This document shows positions 17,031 to 28,169 of a stretch of 64,000 nucleotides of DNA, in pieces (position 1 is the first letter of the stretch; the number at the start of each line of letters is the position of its first letter). The notes beneath the pieces are model-generated. The model was not told the origin of the DNA. It searched no databases and worked only from the letters and a program-made list of their open reading frames with translations. Source of the stretch: Pelomyxa schiedti (Eukaryota > Protista > Evosea); contig JAHLWZ010000222.1 in NCBI GenBank assembly GCA_020536535.1, forward strand, positions 200,828 to 264,827, given 5' to 3'. The position numbers were made by a program, and so were the translations under genes.

Positions 17031-17321
17031 GAAGCAAATTGTGAGCGCATGAGGCAAAAAAAAAAAGTTGTTGCAAAAAATGAACGACGAGGACGGAGAG
17101 TTGTTGGATTGGTGGTGGAGTTGCAATGACGTGAAAATGCGCATACACATCGACCCGCACTGTAACCTTTTTCCTGTTTGTTTTTTAATGTTTTGTTTTT
17201 CTTTTTTTTTTTTTCGGCGACCCAAGGAGTGATGGGCAGGCTGCCAGTTTGGGGTCTTGTTGTACTAAAAACAACATTGTATTTAGTGCCTCTAAGTGTG
17301 TTGATCCCAAAGAAAAATGTC

Positions 17322-19888
17322 TCAGAGAACACCCGAGGAAAAAAAGAGTGCAGGGTATCCTACACACGATTCAGGGAGTGAGGAAGTATTCCTTTGCCCA
17401 CGCCGGGTGCGGGTATTGTAGGTGAATAAGCAGTACCTTGTAATATCTCTTTGCCTCTGGCTTGCTCATCAGCCCATGTGCGACAGCAAGTTCAACGGCA
17501 CAAGGGTTGCTCAGCACCATTCTTAGCAAGCGGTAGTGTACGAAACTAAGCTCCGGAAAGGGTCGGATCAAAGAAAATAGTGACAGAAATGCAGCCACGG
17601 GCAGGCAATATTCATCTTCTATGTGTGAGGACATTTTTATGATCTGTCTAGGGGAGTGAGTTGGAGAAAAAAAAAACGAGCAACTTGCACACATCTGAAG
17701 CTCCGAGGTAAAACCTTGTGATAAGCCACTCGGCACAGTGAATTTTGTTATTGTGATAGAGCCAGAACAGAAGGGCATTGTTATTTTTTCTGATATCTTC
17801 TGCAGTCATGTTCAGTTCACATACAAGCCACTTTACAGCCTTGGATGATGACACTGGCCTGATTTTGTGCCAGTCCGGTTTGCGTGAAAAGAAATCAACC
17901 ACGTCAGATTTCCGGAAGAAATGACACATGGACAACAGTTTTTGAATCTGGGGCAAGGAGCCATACTTGATGAGTCCATCAAAGAGTGAGAAAACCAGCC
18001 TCTCTCCAAAACAAGTAGAACTCCCAAGAAGAATAAATGCATTTTGAAAGCATTGCCTTTGGACACATGATGAAAACGCGACCTGTAACATAGTTGCGGC
18101 AAAGGGGAAGTGTTTCAGATACCATGATACTTGCCAAGCGTCATACTTTCCACTGCTACTGTAATTAAAATGCATAAGCCCCATGTCGTGGACTGCTTTA
18201 TCTACCACTTTAGGATATGTCTGGGCAATCAAAGTGTACGCAGACACTGTACCTTCCATCAAACAGTTGCGAAGCATTTGGATTAAGTCCTTTTCACTTG
18301 GGGGTTGTTCCGGCCAACCTTGAAGGATCAATTTTACAGTGTCAGGAGGAGTGGAACAGCCCAGTACTGTACTATGAAAACAAGCCAACCTAAACGTTTC
18401 CATTGTTGGGGTTATGTGGTACTCCTTTAACAGCCACTGAACAAGCTGCAAATTCCCAGTCCTACATGCCATGTTAAGGACAAAGATGCTTGGCACAAAG
18501 AGTGGAACGTGGTCCATAAACCACTTCACTGTCTCCAGCTGGAGCAGGTTGTCGAAGAAGCTAAACTTCATTTGTCTCTCACTGGGAAGAGGGAAGTTTT
18601 TGAACTTGAACAGCCAATACAGAAATTCCTCTGTGACCACTTCTTGACCCAACTCCGGGTACACCCTATCAGATCTGGGTCTGCCCACAGAGAAATTTTC
18701 AAAAGCCCATTTGCAAAAATCCACTTTGCCAGCCTTAAGTGCAGAAATGGCAGGGTGAGCACTGAAGAAAGGAATGCCGAGAGAGGTGAATCCACTGTAC
18801 AGCCACGAAAACAACTCAATGTTTCCTGAATGGCAGGCACTGGTCCACGCTTTAAGCAGCTCCCATTTGGGAATTCCGAACTTGTCCACCAGCCACATGG
18901 CTGTATCCAAGTCTCCATTCTCGCACACAAACTCCAGTACTCTTGTGTCTCTTACCAAGTACTCAATGTTCAAACCCTCTGATTGTTGCTGGTGCACATC
19001 ATCACTCCTCGGATGACCACTGGCTGGAGCCTTGGGCCACCACAGGCACCCATTGGTCTCCGCCTCCAGTGCGCCATCCACAAGCCTCTTTGCTTCCTCT
19101 CTGTGGCCGCCAACACAAAGCCCTGTCAGCATCGTGACCAATTCCTTCACATTGGCTCTCCTCCTTCCAACCCTTACAGGTTTCTCCCACAATGGATTTA
19201 CATGATCCCACCATGGTTTACCATCTACGCGCCCATCCCCTCCCGTCACCATTACTATATGTTTGTCGAGATCCCCTCCCGTCACTATTACTAGATGTTT
19301 GTCGAGCACACCATTGCCTCTATTATTCCTGATTGTGTGGTTACCAAAGTCGTTGCATACCAGCGAGGCCATGCACCTGATCGCCGCATTCCGCGAAGCA
19401 AACCAGAGCGCCGCCGTAGTTGCTCCATTGTAATCACAGTGGCTCGCGACGTACCTGTAGGCAACTCCCACAAGTGGGAACAGTGCGCCGGCCAGGCTCA
19501 TCACCACCCCGATCGACTCGCGCTCCGCCCGGACCATTTCGCCTAACTTTGGTGGTTGCCCGCTGCCCCGTAGCTTGTGGTAGGAGTGGCTGGGCCGGCC
19601 GGTGATCTTCGCCCTCTTCTCGCCGTTGCTGCTCCACAGAACCAACTTGGGTTCCTCGAGGGCGATCTCGATGGCTAGCTTCTGCACCGGGTCGGGGGCC
19701 GAATAGGGCGCCTCGAGGTCCACGTCGCCGACGATGTCGCGGCCGTAGGCGCTGAGAATAGACGGCGGGAAGGGGCGGCCCGTCACCCCTGCTATTGGGA
19801 GGACTACGTCCCACATCAACTTCGACACGAGCAGTATCCACTGCTTACTTTTCGCCCTTACGGCGGCAACACCCTCTGGTTGTGACAT
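17322..19888 (-). CDS. Divergent ankyrin-like repeat protein
   Basis: 746-aa exon (FVCENGDLDTAMWLV, ACHSGNIELFSWL, ACRTGNLQLVQWLL). It probably continues through a short intron near 17650-17685 and a gtactg...gtgtag intron to a stop at 17322. Confidence 0.8.
19235..19306 (+). repeat. Tandem 36-bp duplication inside the ankyrin-like CDS
   Basis: atcccctcccgtcaccattactatatgtttgtcgag followed by atcccctcccgtcactattactagatgtttgtcgag (34/36 identical). Encodes LDKH(L/I)V(I/M)VTGGD twice. Confidence 0.95.
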
Positions 19889-20068
19889 TTTGTCAATTCC
19901 AGGAAAAGACCGACAGGCCCGAGATCAAATAGACAAGTCTCCGTGTGACGCACTCATATGTTGATGTACAGCGGAGCCTGATGATCGACTGCAGTGTCAC
20001 GTTCTCAAATCGATTCAGTACAACCAACAATTCAAAAAACCAAAACAAAAAAAAAAAAAAAAATCACA

Positions 20069-21475
20069 ATGTCCGACACCACAACTTGCGACGCCAATTC
20101 TGGCGAACCAAAGACCGACACGCCATGTTGTGCGCCTTCTTCCAACGAAGGCACCTCTCCCATTGCCACGAGTGGCCCTCTTGCCGTTACCGACACCACC
20201 CCCAGCCCAACAACCCCGACGACGACGACAACAACCGCCGCTTCCCCTTCCTTCTCCTTCTCCTTCTCCACTCCGCCGACTCCTACGGCCACCCCACTTT
20301 CGACCTCGTCCTCGTCGTCGTCCCCTTCCCCGTCGCCCGCGCCCCAGACGACCGCCCCTCCTTCTCTGCAGGACTTTGCGCGCCAGTTCCTCTCCGAGGC
20401 TACGGCGGTGTCGTACGGCGTGAGCTCGGCGCCCCCGCAGCGATCGCCGCAGCAGGCCGAGCCGCAGGCGGAGCCCCAGGCCCCAGTGGAGCCACCCGCG
20501 CCGCTTCCCGCTCCCCCGCCAAAGGACCCGTCGAAGAAGGCTGAGGAGGAAAAGAAGCTGACCGCAGTGGATAAGTTCTTGCTGGAACTACCTGGGCCAT
20601 TCCGCAAAGGCATGTTGCGTCGTATTGTATTGTGGGATTGGGTGTCGGGATTGTTGTTTTTTTGTATTAATTTTCGAGCTTGCAGTGGTCAGGACATTTC
20701 TTTGGGGAAGTTTATTGCACTCTGCAATATGGTTCGTTGGTTTGATGTTTATTTTTACATCTGTTTACGTTGCTGGCCATTGGTATGGTTACCACATGGT
20801 CCCTGTTTTATCACTCCTGTGCCTTCTTGCAATTGCTTTGCATGGTGCGTATATCTACGCCCACCAAGGCTACCAAAAGTGGGTGCAGAAGGTGGCACCA
20901 GTGAATCCTTTTGCGTGCGTCTCCTTTGTTCCGTAAAAAGTACTAATGCTGAAAGTAGTCTGTCACAGCCATTTGACGTCCCGAACTTCTGGGTAGAGTT
21001 CCACCTTGGAGCAATATGCAGTCTCATAAATTCACACCTGGAGGGATTATTCTACATGCTTTATTTCCAGAACCCGTCTGCGTCCGCCAAGGTTTCCCAC
21101 ACCCAAAAATTTCGCCGCTTACTATTCTCTAACTTGTACACATGCACCCCACCATCATTACAGTTCATGGGGGTTCTGCTGGTGCTGTGCGTCGTCGGCC
21201 ACTTTTTCAGCGGGTTTGCCGTCCTCGCGGCGCTGTCCCTGTTCCTCTTCACGATCCCGCCGCTCTACGTGAGATACCCCAAGCGCTTCAGCGACCTGGC
21301 GCACAGGATCCACCAAGCAATGCACCTTGTCTGCAGCAAGTGCCGTGGCTGCTGCCCAATGAAGCGCTGCTGCTCGGCGTCATCAGCCACAACCGCGGCG
21401 GCCACCAGTGCCGAGCAGCCCACAGAGGCACAGTCTCAGTCATGTTGTGCCACTGACAACATGGGTGGCAGGTGA
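20069..21475 (+). CDS. Reticulon-like ER-shaping protein (4 exons)
   Basis: Two long hydrophobic hairpins (VRTFLWGSLLHSAIWFVGLMFIF...VLSLLCLLAIAL; FMGVLLVLCVVGHFFSG...LFLFTIPPLYVRY) after an S/T/P-rich N-terminus, matching reticulon domain layout. Confidence 0.75.
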   Translation: MSDTTTCDANSGEPKTDTPCCAPSSNEGTSPIATSGPLAVTDTTPSPTTPTTTTTTAASPSFSFSFSTPPTPTATPLSTSSSSSSPSPSPAPQTTAPPSLQDFARQFLSEATAVSYGVSSAPPQRSPQQAEPQAEPQAPVEPPAPLPAPPPKDPSKKAEEEKKLTAVDKFLLELPGPFRKGMLRRIVLWDWVSGLLFFCINFRACSGQDISLGKFIALCNMVRWFDVYFYICLRCWPLVWLPHGPCFITPVPSCNCFAWCVYLRPPRLPKVGAEGGTSESFCVRLLCSVKSTNAESSLSQPFDVPNFWVEFHLGAICSLINSHLEGLFYMLYFQNPSASAKVSHTQKFRRLLFSNLYTCTPPSLQFMGVLLVLCVVGHFFSGFAVLAALSLFLFTIPPLYVRYPKRFSDLAHRIHQAMHLVCSKCRGCCPMKRCCSASSATTAAATSAEQPTEAQSQSCCATDNMGGR

Positions 21476-21723
21476 GTGACGGGACTAGGCCAGAGACACC
21501 CCACCCACACAATCAAACAATCGACTTTTGTCTTTTTTTTTTTCTGCTTTTCATTTTTTTTTTATTTCTCTTACACCAGAGGTCCAGTGACTTAAACTCT
21601 ACTTGTACTTCCTCTTCAGCCCCTGCACCAATGCCTGAGGAGGAAGAGGATGTTGCCTGGCAATTCTAAAATCCTAAATTCCTACCACAATCACTACGCA
21701 GTTGAAGGGTGCAGACAAGGAAG

Positions 21724-22868
21724 ATGTCGGTGACCAAGAGGTTGTTTGTGGGCAATTTGGACCCAAGAGTTACGGAGTACGGCTCGTATTTCTTTTGTGG
21801 GATGGCGGATGCGGGCGTGCACGTGCACTTGTGTGAACAAAGACAGGCCCAAACCAATCACAAAAAACAGGTTCAGCGTCATCAAGCTCTTTCAACAGTA
21901 TGGGAAACTGCAAGGGGTTCAGTTTTTATGGAACAAAAGTGGTCCGAGGTGCGGCCTGCCAAAATCGTATTGCTTTGTAGAGTTCGAAAATATAGAGGTC
22001 TGTTTCTATGGCGTCATATTTTTTTTTCCCCTATTAAGAAGTCTAATGTTGCTATTTTATGGAGATTTATTACATTTATTTTAATCTCATTCAGGATGCA
22101 ATAAAAGCTAAATCAGTGGTAAATGGACTTCGATTTTTGGGGAAACCACTGAGTGTTAGATTTGTAGTTCCAAGGGTGCCCATTCTTCATTTACTACATG
22201 TTCAAAATTAATTTTAGTTTAGGAACCTTTCAAAACTTCTGTTGAGGTTCCTGCTCTTCGAACACCTGTGGAGGCAACTCCTTTACCTCTCACTCCCGGT
22301 TCTGCCCTTGCTGCTGTAGTCGCGTGTGTATCAAGAGCTTTTAGTACCTGGACTAACCAAACACCAAACGCATGGTGGTTTTATTTCTGTAATGTGGTTG
22401 GTATAGGACAGACGTTAGAATATCGGCAGTAAAAACTAAACTTCGCTTAATGGATGAGGAGGTTTCCCGATCTTCAAAGCGCTATAAGCCGGACCTTATG
22501 TATTGCTCCTATCATAAACTCCACTTTCACAACAACTAATTCCTCCACGAAACAGAATTCCGCCGACTTTTGGGATTACCCCTCCGTCATCCTCCGAGTC
22601 CCAACCGCCCTCACCCTCCACATCCACATCCACATCCACATCCACATCCACATCCACATCCACATCCACATCCACATCCACATCCACATCCACATCCACA
22701 TCCACATCCACATCCACATCCAGTACCAGCCCACAGTCCTTTTCTGGCACAACTTCAGAAGGCTCTCTCAATCCAATCCCCAGCTCTGCATCCCCTACAA
22801 CATCCACACCATTGTCAAGCACACAAACAATAGGAACAAACTCAGACAACAAGGATGATGATTCCTAG
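21724..22868 (+). CDS. RBM18: Single-RRM protein, RBM18-like, with S/T-rich tail
   Basis: RLFVGNLDPRVTE|FSVIKLFQQYGKLQGVQFLWNKSGPRCGLPKSYCFVEFE|DAIKAKSVVNG...LSVRF and RISAVKTKLRLMDEE closely parallel RBM18. Confidence 0.75.
22617..22721 (+). repeat. Perfect (CATCCA)n hexamer microsatellite, about 17 copies
   Basis: Read directly from the sequence. It encodes (ST)n in the inferred last-exon frame of the RBM18-like gene. Confidence 0.97.
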
Positions 22869-23169
22869 GGTCTGCCTCATTCTGATTCTTAGCAGGGACC
22901 AGAACATTGAATCACAAAACAATCAGGTTAAACCCCCGCGCGCACCTCGAAATCTGCTCTCGTGGCCTCTGGACATCTAGTTGTCAACAAAATTTTCGCT
23001 AAATTTCTCGTGAACTTCAGGCAGAACCATCGAAAAAGAGGAATTTTTAGTTCATGAAACACACGCCATCTCGCGAGTGAAAAAACAAAAAAATCATAAA
23101 AACCCTGCGCCTGCAATTTGATCTCGCGTATTATTATCCACTACTTTTCGTACCTCTGTTGGTATCGCA

Positions 23170-24397
23170 ATGGCACGCATCGGAGAAACCGACCCGCGGT
23201 GGATCGTAACAAACAGGGAAGACGGCACCAACGTTGGCGCCTGGCATTGGGTGGAGAAAGATTGCCTGCCGTGGTTCAGAGAGACCGCCAGCGACGCTTT
23301 TTCCGCATCGCCCTTGCTTTCTCGCGGCGGCGACTTCGTAGTTACGACCAAGAGCGTGGACGTGACCGGCGAGGCTACCGCAAACAACCGCAAGGGGAAA
23401 ACGATCTACCTTTACGAGCTGGAGCTGACCGTAAACTGGGAGGCAAAGTGGACCGATTCCGCGACTTCTAGTTCCGAAACCGCTACGGGGACGCTCAAGA
23501 TGCCTTACATTGGCGACGACAACGAAGGGGAAGCGCTCGAAGTGAGGATAGAGGCGACAGGCGCAAACAAGTCGAATGACAAAGTCAAGAAGACGATAGT
23601 GCCTGCCATGCAGCGGGAGTGCCCAGCTGTGGCGAGAACTACAGTCGAACAAGTCATAGCGCGAATGAAGGAAAAGTTTGCTACCCAACGCAAGGGGCTG
23701 ACCTCTTCCGGCACCGCATCCGCGCCTACGCCAGTTTTGATTAAACCTGCCCCCGCTTCTCCCACATCCACCACAAAACCTTCAGCCACTTCCTCCACTG
23801 CATCTACTAAGTCAACTTCTTCTTCATCACCGGCTTCGTATGTCGGCAGTGGGAAGGATTTACATATGACTGAGAGATTCAGAGCGTCGCCAAAGTATGC
23901 CTGATAGTTTTCTGGTCTATAACCTAAGTGCACTACAGGAACCTGTATGACTTGCTGCTAGATCCGCAGCGATTGTCTATGCTTACAGGAGGTCAAGCGA
24001 TTATGGAACCCAGGGTTGGAGGCAAATTCGTGTATTTTGGCGGAGCAGTTACAGGTAATGCACTCTCTTCATTGATCTCATGTAACATTTATTGCAGGAG
24101 AGATCCTGGAACTCATACCCGAGCAAAGAATAAAGCAGACATGGAGATTCTCTACTTGGCCTGGGTCACACAACTCGGTTGTAACTATTGAGTTGTCACC
24201 CTCCAAGGAGTTTGACATAACAACACTCACTCTGCACCAGGTTATTTGATACGAGAAACCTTTTCTTTTACTAAACATTTTAGGTGGGCATTCCATCTGA
24301 AGACCTGGAGAGGACCCAACACGGGTGGAGGGAGAACTTCTGGGAAAGAATCAAGAAAATGTTTGGTTATGAAGCCCCAAACATGTCCTCTTTGTAA
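23170..24397 (+). CDS. AHA1: Activator of Hsp90 ATPase
   Basis: MARIGETDPRWIVTNREDGTNVGAWHWVEKD, NNRKGKTIYLYELEL and a C-terminal START-like domain ending GWRENFWERIKKMFGY. Confidence 0.95.
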
Positions 24398-24466
24398 AAT
24401 TTTACTCCCACCTCACCAATGTGCAGACAAAAAAAAAGTTTTGTTTCACTGCTAAACATTCTTTTT

Positions 24467-27400
24467 TCAGTCCTTTTTTGTAAAGTCACACAACGAGTAG
24501 AACAGAGGTTTTGAGTGCGGACACATGGGCATATTTGCTTCATGTGAGTGTTTGAGATATGCCAGCCGTGTAATTGCATCTGTGGTTGCCGCTTTACACC
24601 CAGAATCACGAGGCCCAATCCTGTTTTTTTTTTGACTTGTTACTGTTGATAGTTGTGAAATGGGAGGTACCATTTGTTTATGTAGTCCGGAGATATTTTT
24701 GTTTCTTGTGCAATATGTTGGCGAATGCATCTCGGTCGGGGTATGCATTTCTCTTCATTTGTAACTAAATTTGAGTGCGAATCGGAAATCAATGTAGTAA
24801 GTTCTACAAGAACAGACAGGGCTTCACCCTCCGGCACACAGAGTGGATGAGACGAAATTTCCAAGCTCTAATGAAGAATTAGATTTCATTTCAGTGGAGT
24901 TGGATACTTGAGCACTCATATCAAAGCTAAATCCGTTGGCACTGTAAAGTTGCATGATGTCAGGAGCACTTCCGGCCACCTGTAGCTCTCTCCAGAGCCG
25001 TTCCCCCTCCCCTCCTTCGAGTCTTAGAAATTCTGTCTCAGACACGTGTAATCTTGAATGAGCTACAGGAGGTGCAAAGGTTTTGAGAAGGTTTTGTTGC
25101 TGCAATAGTTCTTCTGTACGAAATAAATTCGCAAGGAAAATATGAGGCTCTGAGAAGACGGCCGCAACGCCAGTGAGGGTGGTAGTACCCGCATTAGCAC
25201 CCAAATCAGGTTCTTGTGTCAAAATAACCTTCCCAATTGGACGAGCCCTATTCATATGAATATTTGCACAGGATTGGTGATGTACTAACCGTAAAAGCAT
25301 GTTGGGTTCTACATTTATTGCATCCCCTGGTGATATTGGCGTGATTTGTTGTGAAGAGTCATCCATACAGCAAGGATCTATTTGAGAGAGTATGCTGGCA
25401 TAGTGCTCGACTTCACATCGTATTTTTATTTCTTTTGGAGGTAGCAAGGAGAATGACGAAGTGGAAGTAGTTGAGTGCGTGTTACCAGACGATTTTTGAG
25501 GTGCATTAACAGAAATTGGCTGTGACGCTTGGCGCACTGGTGACGTTTGTATAGTTATGGGTATGGGTATGGGATGTGGTGGGGATTGTGAAGAAACCCG
25601 TTTTTTAGGATCAGGTGGGGTGAAGTCTTCATCATCAGGATTTTCATCTATCTTAGTGTATTTTTCTTTGTCGAGTGTTGATTGGATTTGCTTAGAAGCG
25701 GTTTCACTTGCCTTGCGCTTCGTTCCACACAGTGAGAAATCTATTTGTGGGGATATGGGATTTGATTGAGGTTTGGTGGGGGTTAATGTCTGAGGTTGTG
25801 GAGGTGTGCCTTCGTCATCATGGGTTAAAGGTGAAGAGAAATCCGGCAATTGGACAACAGTGGTTGCTACCTGATGGTCACTATGAAGTATTCTTAGTAA
25901 ATTGTTGGCTTGGAGAGGCGATACGGAGGCTTTGGGGACGCTTTAGGCTCTGTAGATACATACACTTGTGTACTTGGGACTTCTGCCTCACTTCCTACAA
26001 GTTGGGCTTTGTTTCAAACAAAAATGAACAAACCTCTCACAAGCAGCCTGTGTGGTTGTGGGGTAGAGAGTATTCAGCAATTCTAAATTCTGTCGTAGTA
26101 GTTTGTCTTCATCCTTAAAGAAGATCTTTCTTTTATCTGGTGTGAGGTTCACGTCATACCTGAAAGAAATAAAGTGAATGATTTTTCTTCCCCCAAGATG
26201 GTCATACAGGTTAGGGCTAAGTATTTCATCAAGTATAACGAAGGGGTATCTCTGCTTAGCGGCAAGAAACCATTTTCTCATATGTTGAAAAAGGAGTTTG
26301 GCAAGTCTTGGAAGGTCGATGGGACGCTTGTTAACATACAAGAAAAATCGGTCATTTACACTGAGTTCAGGAATTTTAGACCAAAAAAAAAAAAATAAGC
26401 TGTTGTATTTACCTCCTCATAATAATTTTCGGGTCAGCCTTGGGCTTAGGTAAAAAGCCAACAATTCTCAAACAACCATCAGGGGTAGTGAAATCTACTG
26501 GGCTCAGCTGATCCATTAAAAAAGGTCCATAAACACTGAGTAAAGACTCTGCTGTTGTTGGAACTGACTCCCGTATGAGCGGCTTTTGGAACTGAGAAAT
26601 ATAAATACTGAACATAGGCTTACCTTGGATGGGGGATATTCCACATGAAAGTGAACAGTGGGACATATTAAGATATAAGATAAAACCAGATCATGTATTT
26701 TCTTTGTTTCGGATTTTGTTTTGCATTGCTCTGTAATCATACGCCGCCTAACAGGGTTTCCACCATACAGATTATGGGCCTTTTCCCAATTATCAGAATA
26801 TTTAGAAGTGGCCTCGTTACCGTTATTTTCGTGCCGACGGGGATTGGAACATCCCTGGAAGAGCTTACAGCCCCAGAGTTTGTGTATGTTACATGCTGCC
26901 CAAGAGTCGATTCCTTTTTGTGTGTGGTGTCTATGTCTTGGTGCTAAGGGATGTTGGCCTGCTCCATTACCTGAGTTCTGGTCTCTATTTCTAGTGTACT
27001 AACAGAGCACAAGCTGTGCAAAGCTTCTCCACGAAACCTTACTTAGAATTAAAAAAAAAAAAAAGAATTATAATATGAAGACAGTACATACCCATAGGAG
27101 GACAATATATCCAAACTATGGTAATCCTCGATTTTACTTGTATGGTGTCCAATGCAACAAGTGTGGAGGTCAGATTCTCTTCTAGCTTTGAGAAAATTTG
27201 AAAACGTAGAGCAAAGTTACATATAAAGCAACCAACCCTATTCCATGTCCATTGTCACTGACAGAAATGAGGTCAGCTCCATTTCCTTCTAGTCTGATAT
27301 TTATATACGAGGCCCCTTTTTTGTAGTCACAAAGGGGAAGGGGGAGGAAAAAACAAAACAAAGCAAAACAAAACACACCAGCATCCAGTGAGTTTTCAAG

Positions 27401-27967
27401 TAGCTCTTTTATGGCTGCTTTTGTGTCAGTTATGACTTGGCCAGATTTTATAGCCCTAACAGTGCTTGCCGGCAATCCCCTAATTCTCCCTCCTCCGGAC
27501 ACACCCCCTCCCACCACAACGTCGGGTCCAGCCGGAGCCGTCCCACAATTAGCGGCCCTGGAGCCCCCGCTTTTATTGTCGCTGCTGCTGTTACTATTGC
27601 CGCCCTCGCCGTTCGTCTCGTCCTTGGCCCCCGCTGACGTTGGGGACGATGCAACCGTTGTAGTTGTAGTAGTAGTAGTGATGGTTGCACTCTTCTCAGC
27701 CCCGCCGCCGTCGTCGGGGTGGCTGTGGGTGCGCTCTGTCTCGCTGTCCGAGTCGGTGGCAATCCCGTCGTCGGGCCCAGCATTGCCTGCTTTCCCATCA
27801 TCGGCGGGGCGTACCAGCAAAGACTGAGGAAGCCGCCGCTGCGAGGACGACGCAGGAGCGGGGGGCTGCGTCGCCGGCATAGGGTCTCCCTCCTCGTCGT
27901 TGTCAGCCTGGGGTACCATGACTACGTCCAGCGAGCGGCTGGGCGCAGTTACAGTGTCATCGTTCAT
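24467..27967 (-). CDS. PMS1: MutL-family mismatch repair protein, PMS1 (MutL-beta) type
   Basis: GHKL motifs IKELLENSLDAG, DNGHGI, GFRGEAL; YVNKRP; YDVNLTPDKR. C-terminal LANLFRTEE replaces DQHA(X)2E, and CPHSKP replaces CPHGRP. Confidence 0.85.
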
Positions 27968-28169
27968 TTTCGTTTTCTATCTGGTCTCCCTCAACAGGCA
28001 ATCTTCAAGGTGGGTTCTCAGAGGGGTGAGACAAGCTGCCAAAGGGAAATCAACTGGGATTTCTTGGGCATTGTGTGGAAAAGATAAGAGAGGACAGTGG
28101 GACTGTTCGCAGAATGATCCCAAGAAGAGAGTCTTTCCGTTACAGGCGCTTTTGGTTTGTTTTCCAGCG

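Noticed and set aside
17185-17640. Apparent Med31/SOH1-like sequence (ELSFV...LSNP...YYKVLL...PAWAKEY...YPALFFL)
   Set aside because: Much of the resemblance comes from reading through a good gtactg...gtgtag intron. The segment splices more simply as the C-terminus of the upstream ankyrin-like gene.
23060-23130. TCTCGCGA-like and CGCCATCTT (~5698) motifs resembling vertebrate BANP/YY1 sites
   Set aside because: Isolated occurrences with no consistent position across the many promoters here, and no evidence that the factors exist in this lineage.
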